DNA of 64,000 bases from contig CM052818.1 in assembly GCA_028534125.1 (NCBI GenBank), positions 43,340,001 through 43,404,000 on the forward strand, read 5' to 3'. Shown here piece by piece: positions 49,725 to 62,189 of this stretch (position 1 is its first letter; each line of letters opens with the position of its first letter). Source of the DNA: Lama glama (lineage: Eukaryota). Both the position numbers and the translations under genes were made by a program. The notes beneath the pieces were generated by a model. That model was not told the DNA's origin and did not search any database. It was given only the letters and a program-made list of their open reading frames with translations.

Positions 49725-49999
49725 CACAGCCAGGAAGGGTTGATGTTGTAATGTGAGTTGAAAAGCAGTCTGGAGACTGAATTTATGGGTCCCCCCCTCT
49801 TTATGGGGGGACCTCAGACTTTTTCTCTTAAGGCCTTCAACTGATTGGATAAGGCCTACTCACCTACGGAGGATAATCTACTTTATTTAAATGTTAATGT
49901 CATTTAAGAAAAACCTTCCAGCAACATCTAGACTGATTTTTGACCAAATATCTGGGTACCTTGAACAAGCCAGGCTGATACATAAAATTAACTGTCTCA
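49725..49999 (-). mobile_element. MLT2 (ERV-L) LTR fragment, probable 5' LTR
   Basis: gcagtctggagac...ttttctcttaaggccttcaactgattggataaggcc...ggaggataatctacttt...tttgaccaaatatctggg...cataaaattaactgtctca; collinear with 48060-48325. Confidence 0.85.
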
Positions 50000-50679
50000 A
50001 TAATCATTGTTTGTCATTTCTCTGTCCCTTTTCTTTCCCCATACAACAAGCAAATAGTGACACGCAGAAGCCCCCCTTGCCCCCCTTAGCCTTCTTCCAC
50101 AGTGACTGCAAGGGCACACTAATTGGAATAGACCATACCTGCACTCTGCCAGTAGCTCACAGCTCTCCTTTATTTTGGGCTATAACTGAACAGTTGGTTG
50201 CCTTTGCATTCACTACCAAGAGTCTTAGTAATAATAAGTCAGAGTAGCCTGCATTGATGTCCCCAGCCATCTGTCGGAAATTACTACTTTCACCTCTTGG
50301 GATGCCCTGGGCTGACCTGCTGGTGTTTCATAGGCTTTGTAGAATTATGGTCTGTTCTTAATGGAAAAACACTTAGCTTGTTAGTTTTGGAAGATTTTAA
50401 ATTCTTATGAATAATGATGTTTGTTACACAAAGAAAAGTTCCAAAAATTTCCTAAGGCTGTAGAGTAAACTCTGGTAATTCTCAGTTAATATACCAACAG
50501 ATGACCCAACTTGACAAACTTAAGCCAGGGTTCCTAATAATTATTTCCCTCAAGTCCTGAAACCTGAGTGATTGGACGAGTCTCACGAGAAAAGTGTCAG
50601 AAGTTTTTACAATTTCTCTGGGGTGTCAAGGCAAAAAACTGATGACATACTAAAGATGTATGTGTTTACTATTTTAATT

Positions 50680-50870
50680 GACCATTTATGTAATCCATGC
50701 CTAAAATCTACAAGTTTCTATTTTAGATTCTTTCAAATAGGTACTCTCATTTAACCCTCAGAGAAATTTTACAAGTTGATTAGTATTCACATTTCAAAGA
50801 CAGAGAAATAAAGCATTGAAGAAGCTAAGGAACTAGTTCAGAATCATGGTTACCATATGTATCAGACCTT
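50680..50870 (-). mobile_element. MIR fragment
   Basis: ctcatttaaccctcagagaaa...tattcacatttcaaagacagagaaataaagcattgaagaagctaaggaactagttcagaatca. Confidence 0.5.
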
Positions 50871-52394
50871 CCAGCAGGAGAATTCCTCTATCCTCTTCTG
50901 AATCGTGTATTCTCTCTTCATCTGTGTCTAGTCTGAGATATTGCAGTTCTCTCTTTTAGTTGCTGTATTCTCATTTATTAACATTTGAAGGGATTTGGAA
51001 GCTTCCTTATTCAAATTTGTATGTTTTTACTTTGTTTCTAGAAACCTTTTAAAATATTTGAAATTCTGTTTTTTATCACAATGTTATTTCTTGATTTTGA
51101 GAATTATTCTTGTGAACTTTTGTGCTTACAAATAACATTATCTTTTACGTTTTATATTTTAAAGTAAAGTGTTCATTTTAGTGGACATACATGTGTATAG
51201 AAATTGTTTGAATTATTTGACTTCAGATAAAAATTCCTCTTGAAACAAATTTATCTTTGCTTCGACCAGGTTCCTGCAAGCACTATATGAGCTAGAATTT
51301 TTAGCTACATTTGTGGCTTGCAGCTGTTTATGTTATCCGCATAATTTGTATCAGGGCTCTAAACCTGCCTCAGGGCTGGAGCAAGACTACAAAAGTCTCA
51401 GAAAAAAATTAATTTTTTGCTGTTCCTTTCTGCTCAGGGCCAAATTGTCAGAAAGGGTGTTCTCTCATCAAGACAATGATGTAGTTATCATTAGTTTTCT
51501 ATCCAGAGTAATTGTTTTTAAAATTTTTAATCATACATGGATTAAAGATGTGTACTTTTTTTTGGTTTTATATAAGCATTTTTGGTTATTAAAAGTAGAA
51601 GTTTCAGTGTAGTCAACTGGGTATGTTAAGATATATGTTCTTTCTTTAAGCACAATTTTTAATTTATGACATTTTCCTCTATTTCTAAGATGACTGCTCT
51701 ATCGGATCTGTTCCTATTTTACTGAAATATTATTAGCTTGTGAATTCTCTTGTTTTGAATTCGTATTGCCAGAGGCTTTTCTATTTGATTAAGCATTTCA
51801 AAAAACACATCTTTTGGGTATTTGTAGTAGTTTATATTATATGATTCCATTAATTGCTATTTTTATTATTTGCTCCCTGATTTGCTGAAAAACATGAAAA
51901 ACATTGAGTTCAGACTAAGCATGCAGCTCAAATGAAATATGATGATGAAGTCAGTCTGAGGAGCTCGGAAACAAACAGAATTTAATCACATGGGGGACCT
52001 CCTGAACTAGATAGACTGGGGGTTGGGATCCGAATAGTTTACAGGAAAAGATGAGGACTGAGGTCAGGGTGAAGCATGAGGGGGTTTTACAGATAATACC
52101 TCCTTTATTTCTCACAAATCTGTGCATGTTCAAGTAGTGACTATTTATTGCCATTTTGGGGGGAAGAGTAGTGAGGTTCAGGATGATTAACTAGTCCCAA
52201 GGTTTCATAATTTGTAAATCATAGATAGCTGGAGTCAAGATTTTTTGCTTTGTTTTGTTTTTGTTGCTCTAATTTCAAAAATCTTGGGTTTCTAGTTCTT
52301 TTCCTACTCTTGAGGTAGAGAGGAGGAAGTACACAGGAAAGAGGCAGGGTGAGCCTCCCGTGCCCAGTCATTTACAGGACCAGAAGCAGAAAGT

Positions 52395-53348
52395 GCTGGG
52401 TAAGAGCAGGAGAAACGCAAATTAAAACAATGTGAGACTCCACTGCTGGGATTCGAATGGCCCCAATCTGGAATACTGTGAACACCAAAAGCTGGTGAGA
52501 ATGAAAGTGAGCGGAACTCTCATAGACTGCTGGTAAAAACCACCACCACCACCACCTAACCAAACCAAACCAAACCAAACCAAACAAACAAACAAACAAA
52601 ACACCCAAAAATGCAAATGATACAGATATTTTGGAAGACAGTTTGGCAATCTCTTACAAATCTAAGCATAATAGTTAGTATTGGGACTCCTCAGTATATA
52701 CCCAAAGGAGGTGAAATTTATGTGCACACAGAACCCTCCATGTGGAAGTTTATATCAGCTTTATTTATAATTGCCAATACTTGGAAGCAGCCAAGATATC
52801 CTTCAGTGGGTAAATGGGTAAACAGTTTCTGAATATTCCAAATAATGGAATATTATTCAGCTCTAAAAAGAAATGGACTATGAGACCATACAAAGACAGA
52901 GAAATCTTTAGTGCATCATAGTAAGTGAAATAAGACAATCTGAAAAGGCTACATCAACTATATGACATTGTGGAAAGACAAAACCATAGAGGTAGTAAAA
53001 AGATCAGTGATTTCCAGGGGCAGGAGGGGGGAGGAGGAGGGGTGAATAAGTGGAGCACAGAGGATTTTTAGGCAGTGAAAGTACTTTGTATGATGCCATA
53101 AGGATAAATACATGTCTTATACTTTTGTCCAGACCCATAGAATGCACAACACCAAGAGTGAAACCTAATGTAAACTACGGACTTTGGGTGACAATGATGT
53201 GTCAGCATAGGTTCATCAGTTGTAACAAACGTACCCTCAGGTTGGGAATGTTTACAATGAGGGAGGAGGAGGGGATATATGGGAAATCTCTGTACCTCTC
53301 AGTTTTTATTTGAATCTTAAATTGCTCAAAAAAAAAGTCTTTAAAAAA
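52395..53348 (+). mobile_element. L1MC1-like 3' end containing (CAC)n/(CCAAA)n/(CAAA)n expansion
   Basis: ttggaagcagccaagatatccttcagtgggtaaatgggtaaac...cccatagaatgcacaacaccaagagtgaaacctaatgtaaactacggactttgggtgacaatgatgtgtcag...ggaaatctctgtacct; same family as 9240-11070, opposite strand. Confidence 0.9.
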
Positions 53349-53477
53349 GTATCAGAGATATGTTTTAGACAAAATAAATATAATAATGATAACAAGAAAT
53401 CATTCTTCTTAGTTTTGTGATATATTTGCTTTTCATCAGTTGTTAATTTGTAACAGTTAATAGTTTCTTATTCCCTG

Positions 53478-53925
53478 TATGATAAGATTGAATAAAATAA
53501 CCCCCAAAGTTGTTCCATCCTATCCCTTGAACATGTGAATATAATAAAGTATCTCTCCTATAATTGTGTTATCTTACGGGGAACAGTTGACCTTAAGATG
53601 GGGAGATTATCTGGACGTGCCTGATGTAATCTCATGAGCACTTAACCGCAGAGTACTTTCTCACGCTGATACTGATGGTGAAGTCACTCAGTCCTACAAT
53701 CAGAGAAACTGAATTTCACCGACAACCTCAATAAGCTTGCAGGAGGATTATTCCCCAGAGCCTTCAAAAGAAAGACAGCCTTGCCAGTACCCTGACTGGG
53801 GCCTTGTGAGACCCTGAGCAAAGAATCTAGCCACTGCCAGAATCCTGACCCACTCAAACTGTTAGAATTAGTTATGTGATGTTTTAAATGCTAACTGTGC
53901 GATAATTTGTTATGCAACAATGGTC
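53478..53925 (+). mobile_element. MLT1E-like MaLR LTR
   Basis: cccccaaag...aacatgtgaatat...cagttgaccttaagatggggagattatctgg...cagtcctacaa...gccttgtgagaccctgagcaaagaatctag...ataatttgttatgcaacaat. Confidence 0.8.
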
Positions 53926-54332
53926 TTTTCATTCTGAATTTTTGTTAATTTTGTCTTAAATACATTTCCCCTGATTGTATAATATTCAGAATGCAGAAAA
54001 CACTTTTTTATTTAGAAGGAGAACAAAAGAAAATGTGTTTGGCTACTAAGAGAGGACTTTCTAGAGGAGGTGACCTTTAAGTAAAGTGCTGATATAAAAC
54101 AAGCTATTCCTTCAGTAACAGAGGCAGTGAAACACTCCAGGAAGAGAGACACATGAGAAGGAAGGCCCCGTCCAGCCTCGTGTAAAAGATTTTGTCACAG
54201 AAGCCCTATCCACATTCTTTGTCCTGATATACGTGAGGCCAGCTTTTCTCTCTCACCTGAAACAAGCAAACACAATTTTATGCTCTTGTTTTCTTGTTTT
54301 TGCTTTGTGTAAAAGATTAGATAGATAGGTAA

Positions 54333-54669
54333 TGTTTTAGTCAGCTCTGTCTGTTGTAACCGAACACCATAGACTGGTGGTTTAAACAACAAAGATTTAT
54401 TTTCTCACAGTTTTGGTGGCTGAAGTCTGAGAACAAGGTGCTGGTATGATCGGGTTCTGGGAAACATTCCTCCTGGCTTGCAGATGGCTGCCTTCTTACT
54501 GTGTGCTCACATGGCCTTTCCTTGGTGCACTTGCAGGGAGAGAGGGATTTCTCTTATTTTCTCATGAGATCATTGATCTTACCAGATTAGGATCCCATCT
54601 AAATACAGTCAAATTGAGAGTTAGGGCTTCAACATATGAATTTGGGGGGACGCAATTCAGTGCACAGCA
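54333..54669 (-). mobile_element. MLT1A-like MaLR LTR
   Basis: tgttttagtcagctc...ccatagactggtggtttaaacaac...tcctggcttgcagatggctgccttctt...gttagggcttcaacatatgaatttggggggacgcaattcagt...agca. Confidence 0.9.
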
Positions 54670-55149
54670 GATAGATGATAGGTGGGTAGGTAAGTAGGTA
54701 AATAGATAGGTAAGATATAGGTAGACATCAGTGGGTAACAGAAATGACTAGAATCAGTCTCAAAAATTCCAAGAGGGGAAAAAAAAAGAAACAAAAAATG
54801 AAATGAAAGGAAAAATAATAAAGAAGAAACTGGACATGTTGGTTTCCAGAAGATCTGGCCAGAATGCAGCTGAATAACTACACTTCGGGAGCTCCTCCCT
54901 GAGGCCTCTCTGGGCTGGTTCCATCCTGTGTGTCCTACAGTGTTTCACATGTCCCATGCAGGACACCAGAGCTTTGATTTAATTTGTCTTGGGAGTAATG
55001 ATGTGTTTCAGCACACTGGCATGAAGATCCTGGTTCCCACACCCACACTGCCGTGCCTCCACATTACAAGTTACACAAGGGATTTGGGGTTTTCACAACA
55101 GAACTTCCACCTCTAAAGTTCTTTTCATAGACATGTAGATATATTGGAC

Positions 55150-56390
55150 ATCTATCTTATATATAGTAGTGTGTACGTGTATGTGTTAATCCCACACTCC
55201 TAATTTATCCCCCTTTGGTAGCCATCGTTTGTTTTTTATGTCTATGAATCTGTTTCTCTTGTGTAAATGAGTTCATTTCTGTCCCCCTTTTTTAGATTTT
55301 ACATATGATTGCTATAATATGGTATTTGTCTTTCTCTGTCTGACTAACTCCACTTAGTATGATAATCTTTGGGTCCTTCTGTGTTGCTACAAATGATATT
55401 ATCTCATTCTTGTTTATGGCTGAATAGTATTCGTGTGTATATGTGTGTGTGTTTGTGTTTGTCACATCTTCCTTACCCATTTATCTGTCTATGGACATTT
55501 AGGTTGTTTCCGTGTCTTGGCTGTTGTTAATAGTGCTGCTATAAACATTGGAGTGCATGCATCTTTTCATATTAGAGTTCTCTTCAAATACATGTGCCCA
55601 GGAGTGGGATTGCTGGATTATATGGCAACTCTATTTTTAGTTTTTTGTGGAATCTCTGTACTGTATTCCATAGTGGCTGCACCAAATTACATTCCCACCA
55701 GCAGTGTGGGAGGCTTACTTTTTTTCCACAACCTTGCCAGCATTTTTTTTTGTGAAATTTTTAATGATGTCCATTCTAAGACCAGTGTGAGGTGACAATT
55801 CACTGTAGTTTTGATTTGCATTTCTCTGATAATTAGTGGTGCTGAGCATCTTTTCATGTGCCTGTTGGTCATCTGAAAGTCTTCTTTGGAGAAATGTCTA
55901 TTTAGTTCTTCTGCCTATTTTTTGTTTTTTTTTTATTATTGAGTTACATTAGCTATTGCGTTGTTTGTAAATATTTTCTCCTAGTCCATAGGTTGTCTTT
56001 TTATTTTGTTTATGGTTTCTTTTGCTGTGCAAAGTCTTATAAATTTGATTATGTCCCATTTATTTTTGCTTTTATTTCTATTGCCTGGGGAGACTGACCT
56101 GGGAAAACCTTGTTACAATTCATGTCAGAGAGTGTTTTGCCCATGTTCTCTTCTAGATTTATGGTGATCTCTGTTACGTTTGTCTTTAAGCCATTCTGAG
56201 TTTATTTTCCTGTATGGTATGAGGCAGTGTTCTAGCTCCGCTGATTTGCATGAGGCTGTCCAGCTTTCCCACACCACTTGCTGAGGAGGCTGTCTTTTCT
56301 CTGTTGTATATTCTTGCCTCCTTTGTCATAGATTAATTGAATGTAGGTGTGTGGGTTTATTTCTGGGCTCTCTTCTGTTCCACGGATGTA
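55150..56390 (-). mobile_element. Cetartiodactyl L1, ORF2 3' part plus 3' UTR, lacking its extreme 3' end/poly-A
   Basis: The ORFs at 55687..55872(-), [21 protein letters not shown], and 55292..55480(-), EYYSAINKNEIISF..IILSGVSQTEKDKYH, are L1 ORF2 C-terminal remnants. Confidence 0.9.
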
Positions 56391-59300
56391 CATTATTTTA
56401 AATTTGCAAAATGTTAATGTTTGTTTTCCCCGAGATTAATGGTTTGTGGCACAGACAAGCTTCCTGGCTCCCTGATCCCTACCTCCCCGGTGCTGCGATA
56501 CTTCTGGGCAGCCCAGGTCTGGTCACCCTCACAGCCTTCGGGGGGTTGTGATCACTGTCCTCATGTCCTCCCTGCTGCATTTCTTATTTTCTCCCATTCT
56601 GTTTCAGTCGTCTTTGTAAGATTATTCCTTGGCCTCTTATTTTCATGCCTAAACGTGTTAAAGACATTTTCATGTCTACGGAATAAAATCTAATAGCTTT
56701 ACAACATCATTCTATATCCTTAACAATAGTGTCTTTAGTGCAGAATTAACATAACAAATTCCCAAGCACAGAACTGATTTTGAAATGGGTTTTCCACAAA
56801 TAGGTGTTGTATGCAATTAATTTGGGATTGGCACTAAAAATATTAAACTATATCTGTACCTCTTTAATTCAAAGAATTCTAGATTTCACCTGTAGTGTGA
56901 TCTTAGTGTCATGACCCCTTCCTTACTGGGTATTGTGACTCCATGAAGTTGTAGTTTAGAGAATTGTTTGGAGACATAGAAAACTGTGGTCTCTAAGCTT
57001 GACCAGACTTTTAATCCCTTTCTTCTTGGAATCTACAATACAGAGTTAAAAAATGAGAAATCACTTGAAAACAGATTTGCAGTTCCAGACACAGCTGACT
57101 GATACCCAGATTTCAGAATCATATAGAAATATCTCCACAAGGAAAATCTTAAGTTTTACTTGGTAACATGGATTCTTTGTTCCTTAATCTGCAGCACAGG
57201 TTGCTATTCACAGCCTAACCTAAATCCTTCTTGCTGAAACTCTAATTTATCCCTTCAGTTAACAGAAAGGCCACTGCTCATTGTTCCGTAAGCAATACTT
57301 CCTTCCCTTGAAGATTAGGTGTCCATTCAACCTTCTCCCTTTTAAGTGGTAAGGAACCTAGTTCTTCTGTCTTTCTCCCTCAGGGACAATTCCCTGACTT
57401 CTCATCACTCGACTTGTTCCTCTGTGGCTTCGCGCTCAGACTCCCACAACCATCTTCTCGTCAGGGTCTCTGCCCATCAGAGGCTCCCATGGTCTGCTCT
57501 ATTCCTGTTATTCCCAGGTGGCACAGGTGTCAGTCAGCTACAGGAGAATCCGTATCCCTGTGCAGGTTTCTACAAGGAAGCAAAAGAACTTCTTTCTCCG
57601 ACACAGTGAACACTGTGGATTTTATAGATTTTTATGAAATCCACAACATGTCTGCAGATGGGCCCTTCGATAAACAGTGTATCACACACACATTGGGTAC
57701 CTCATAATAGGAGAACACATAATAGGAAGGCACTACTTTTCTGCTTCCTAAAATCATGGACATTCTCTAAATATTTTATTTCTTTTTAGGAAAAATTCAG
57801 ATGTGGTGTTAAACAGAACTCAGTTCTTTTAAAAGTTTAGACTCTGTGGTTTGTCAACAGAACAAGCAGACGCAGCTCCAGTGGGCCCTGCATCTGAAAC
57901 CCCGGGCAGGATGACCCCACAGGATGCCAACTTCCATGCTTCAGTGACAAAGCACTGCCATAATAGTTTTCTACAGAGGTGTATTTTACAGTCCAGTGAG
58001 CTAACAAATTCTAACCCACCGAGCTTAAAACAAGATGAAATAAAATAAAACATAAAATGTTCTTGTTCAGCAGAACTGAGCATGTCAGTTTCTTGTGGGT
58101 TTCTGGGAAGAAAAGATATTAAATTTCAACAGTTCTTCTCATGTGGTTGGGTAAAAATAATTTATAAATAAATATTCATTAATAGCTGTGTATTACTAAA
58201 AGGCTGTCCAAGTTATTTTTTTTCCACTCATGGTCTGAGAAGATTTTATTTAAAGCTTTAAGCAGATAAATTAATGTTCTGTTCATCCCTTCTGCTGTCT
58301 TCACTTGTTTATTAATTAGCATAATCGTCTCATGTTTAGCAGGATGAAGCCCGCTGAACACTGAGGAGATATATTTGGATAAGAAATACAAAAGCTGGTG
58401 AGAATCCTACCTCATAGCCAGCCTTCTCTCTTTATTAGTTTTAATCAAAGGAGGTTTGACTGTGAACACAGTCATTATTTCATATTTACATGTAATACTT
58501 CCTCATTAGCAACAAGAGAGAGACTAAGGGTATGGGTGATTAATCTGTCCCTCCTAAATCGTGGGATCTTGGAGTAAAATAGAAACTGAGAAACTTGAAG
58601 ATACATTAGAACAAAATTATTTAATATTTGGATCACCATGGCCAGGAGAGCAGGCTGTGTAACACAACACAAGCTGTCCGTCTTCTCAGAAGTGGTGCTA
58701 GACCCCTTCCATTCCTAAATGTATTAGGCTGCTATTATGTGACAACATTGGACATGAAACTGATGTACATTTTGCCTTCTGGAAGCATTGTCTAGTAAGG
58801 ACAAATGAATATTAATTCAATAAACATGCAACAAATATTTAATTAAAATCTGTGAGAATTACTTAAAACCAGAGAAGTGACAGTAACAGCAACTTTATAA
58901 TCTGGGAAGGTTTTCCTGAGATAAAGCTTATTCTAAAATTCCAACAAGGTGAAGACAAAAGATATTTTTTAATTGTTAATTTGCTTATTGGTTTCTTATT
59001 TGATAAACAGTTATTTTAAAATAGTTTTCTGTATTAGAAACATACACTGAATTTTTAATCTTTTCCATTGAAAATATGTGCTATAGAAGATAACAACTTT
59101 TAATGACAATCATTTCTAAGAATTAGATCAAGTTTTTAGTGACTACAGATTTTTTGATGATACGGGTTTATAAATTTCAAAACTCTTTCTATGACAATAT
59201 AAAGGTTTGCAGTAAGAATGTAAGTACACACACACACAAATACACAACTCCCATTTATCACAAGAAAATTTCTCTCTAAATATACATATCTTAGAACACA

Positions 59301-59659
59301 AAGAAAGAAAGAGGTCAAAATGATATCACAGAGGGCTAGGTGTGAAACAGGTTTAGCTTAAAAAGCATGCCTGCTATTCCAGTCTGTACTTAAATGATTC
59401 AATGACATCGTCTTCATGACAGATATTAATATAATGCTCCTAGATAACAAAATATGTAACATTGTTAATCTGTATTAAATTACAGGCTCAAAGGTCTTCT
59501 CATTAGAAAAATAGAAAACTGTTTCTCAATATACTTAACAAAGCTCAGACAACATGCTAAATCTACTTTGGCTAATTTTGAAAATATCCCTTTTCCGTTT
59601 CCAAGAGTTCCTCTGCTGCCCCTGTACTCCCCCACCTCCTCAACCCTCTTAATTTGTCC

Positions 59660-59704
59660 CATCACTTCTTTTTTCATCACTTCTTTTTTCATCACTTCTT
59701 TTTT
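59660..59704. repeat. 15-bp tandem repeat (catcacttctttttt) x3
   Basis: Three exact head-to-tail copies, read directly from the sequence. Confidence 0.9.
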
Positions 59705-60744
59705 TTCTTCTTTCTCTTTCAATTTTGCTTAAATAACATGCTCTACCCTTTATTAGAAGTGATATAATTTATATCCTAAAGAAAAATCTCTCGGGGGCTT
59801 GATCTAACAACACAATAATTCCTTGGTGCTTACGAAAAAAATTGACTTCTGTTACTTCGTTTCCAAATAAATTTTTGATACGTTATTGAATTTCCATTTA
59901 TTTCTCCTTACTACTTTATTTTGGCCATCAAATGTATTACTACTTTTCGAAATTTAACAGCCTGTTCTTTCCTATTGAAGCACCAGTTCCAGACATATAT
60001 TTAATGAAATACAGAGTTATAAATCCTCATAAAATCTTGGATATCTGCCTGCTCAATTCTTTGAAAATTCAAATGCCTAATAAATTTGGAAAGTGAACAT
60101 AGAAATAGAAAGGTTTGCTTATACAGCTCAAGGAGTAGTAATTGTTCGACAACAGATGACTTTAATCCACTTTGGAGGTTCAAATGTTCGTTGATACTTT
60201 GGCATCAGCCCAAAGCAAAAGGGGAATTTCTGGTTCAACAGATTATGTTTTCAAAGAAATGAATTATTAAATCCAATAAACGTGTTAAGAGTGACTAATT
60301 TTTCGAATGAGAATTAGAACTTACCCAGAAATTAATTGCCCGATTTAAAATAATGTATAAAACAATATGTGAATTCTTAAACTATATTTTGTTGGGTTCA
60401 AAGTAACGGAATGACAACAGGGAGTAAGAAAAGGTATGAAGTAGTGGAATTGAATAGAGGCTCAAGTAAACAAGGACAGTTGATATCAGAGAGATTGGTT
60501 TAAATAAATAAACGATGGATAGAAAATAAGTTTAGATTCACACTCTCTTGGGGTCGGGTAGGGCAGCTGCCTCAAGCAGTTGGTCTGGTGTGGCCAGGTC
60601 CTCTCCATCTCCAGTTGCTAACTTGCACTACCTTCCTCTCCTCTCCAGAGCTGAGCAGAGTTTGTCCACATTCTTATTACAGAATTATAGATAGATACTA
60701 GGTGATGAAGGTATGCTGATAGCCAGCTGGTGTCACCCACAGTC

Positions 60745-60956
60745 CCTGTACCAGAGTAACATCAACATTTTGAATCCAAATCCGTCTTTGTTGCATGAGG
60801 CCGTCCTATGCGCTGTAGGATGTATGACAGACCCCTGGCCTCTACCACTAGGTGCCAGTGTCACTGTCTGCCCTACCAGTCACTAGAGTCAGAATGTCTC
60901 CAGACTTTGCTAAACATCACAGCAGTGGCAAATACCCATTTTGTTGAGAATTACTG
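60745..60956 (-). mobile_element. MER20 (hAT-Charlie)
   Basis: gtcctatgcgctgtaggatgt...ccctggcctctaccactaggtgccagt...aatgtctccagactttgc...gttgagaattactg is MER20, antisense. Confidence 0.85.
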
Positions 60957-61439
60957 GCTTAGCGTGTGATCACCAGATAGGGGCAGTCCCTGAGTTGTCA
61001 GTGAGTGGCCCAGGCAGTCCTCTGCCCCCTATTCCTGGAGGAGAATATGCTGAGATTTAAAAGCTGAACTTTGAAATGAGAGACCCTCAAGCTTCACCTT
61101 TAAGGTAAATCTACTTGTCAATCCATACTTCCTGTACATCTCTAATATAATAAGTTTAATAATTTGAATGCTGTATTTTACTTATTTGATTATGTATCTG
61201 GGGGCTAACCATCAGCTTCTGAAATCAGAGAATGCCCCTTTGCTTCTCTCTGTTTTTCCAAATGCCTGGCAAATATAAGACCCTTGATGAGCATTTGCTA
61301 AAATATTTTTAGACTGAAACACTAAATTGAAAAACAACTCCACTGACTTACTAAATTTATTAGCAATGACACTGTGTGTTCTCCCCAAAAGGATAGGGTA
61401 GCTGATGAATTCTACCATAGGCGAGTCTGCCCCTCAAGA

Positions 61440-61695
61440 AATATTGTGAAGAATGTTTCCCAGCCTTCATCATGTAAACATCTGTTGTTTCTCTGCCTTT
61501 TCATGTACTTACACACAATTTTGAACAAAATTTTAGTGTGTCTTTCTTGTTATCTCACAGATTTCCAGGAGTAGGGCTTATCTCTACACCCTAGTGCTGG
61601 GACCACGATAGAATCATCACCAAATGTTTCCCTCTGTGTCCAATACAATGTTAGCTCTATAGTAAATGCTCAGTAAAACCTTACTGATTTGATGG
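61440..61695 (+). mobile_element. L2 3' fragment
   Basis: ttccaggagtagggcttatctct...tatagtaaatgctcagtaaaaccttactgatt resembles the L2 tail. Confidence 0.45.
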
Positions 61696-61999
61696 AAAAG
61701 TTCTTTTGTATACTATTAAAGTCAATACAGCATAGATTACACAAAGATCATCCTAACTTTCATGTTTTGAGCTGACTTGAATTAGTCTCCCATAGCTCAT
61801 GTGGTACTTTGAGTTCCAGACGAACCAAGGACAGATATATTTCATGATGTCAAAGTTTTGTTACCTATTCCTTCTGTCATTAATTAACAAAGATTATCCG
61901 GTCTTTTACTTAACTCATATTAATCATCAAGACAGCTATGGAAACGAACAGGTGCCATAAAATCACATAAATGCTACAATAAAAATAAATGGGCTGAGA

Positions 62000-62188
62000 G
62001 TGAGCACAGCCTAGTGAGTAAGAACATGGACCCTGTGGACGTACCGCCTGGGCTCACATGGCAGCTCTGCCACTGGCCAAATCTGTGACTTTGGAAAAGG
62101 GAAGTTATTTTCACCCTGCCTCCATTTCTTCGTCTGTAGGATGTGGATAATAACAGAATCTAACGTTCAGAGTTGTTGGTAAATACAA
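62000..62188 (+). mobile_element. MIR SINE
   Basis: agcacagcctagtgagtaagaacatggac...cctgggctcacatggcagctctgccact...tgtgactttgga...gcctccatttcttcgtctgtaggatgtggataataacag. Confidence 0.75.
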
Positions 62189-62189
62189 G

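Noticed and set aside
57603..57645. Short hairpins (acagtg-aa-cactgt; tgtggattt...aaatccaca) as a pre-miRNA
   Set aside because: The stems are too short for a miRNA precursor and are plausible by chance.
59480..59722. ORF with KKEVM x3, or a CRISPR-like array
   Set aside because: It is a simple 15-bp head-to-tail slippage repeat with no spacers, in eukaryotic DNA.
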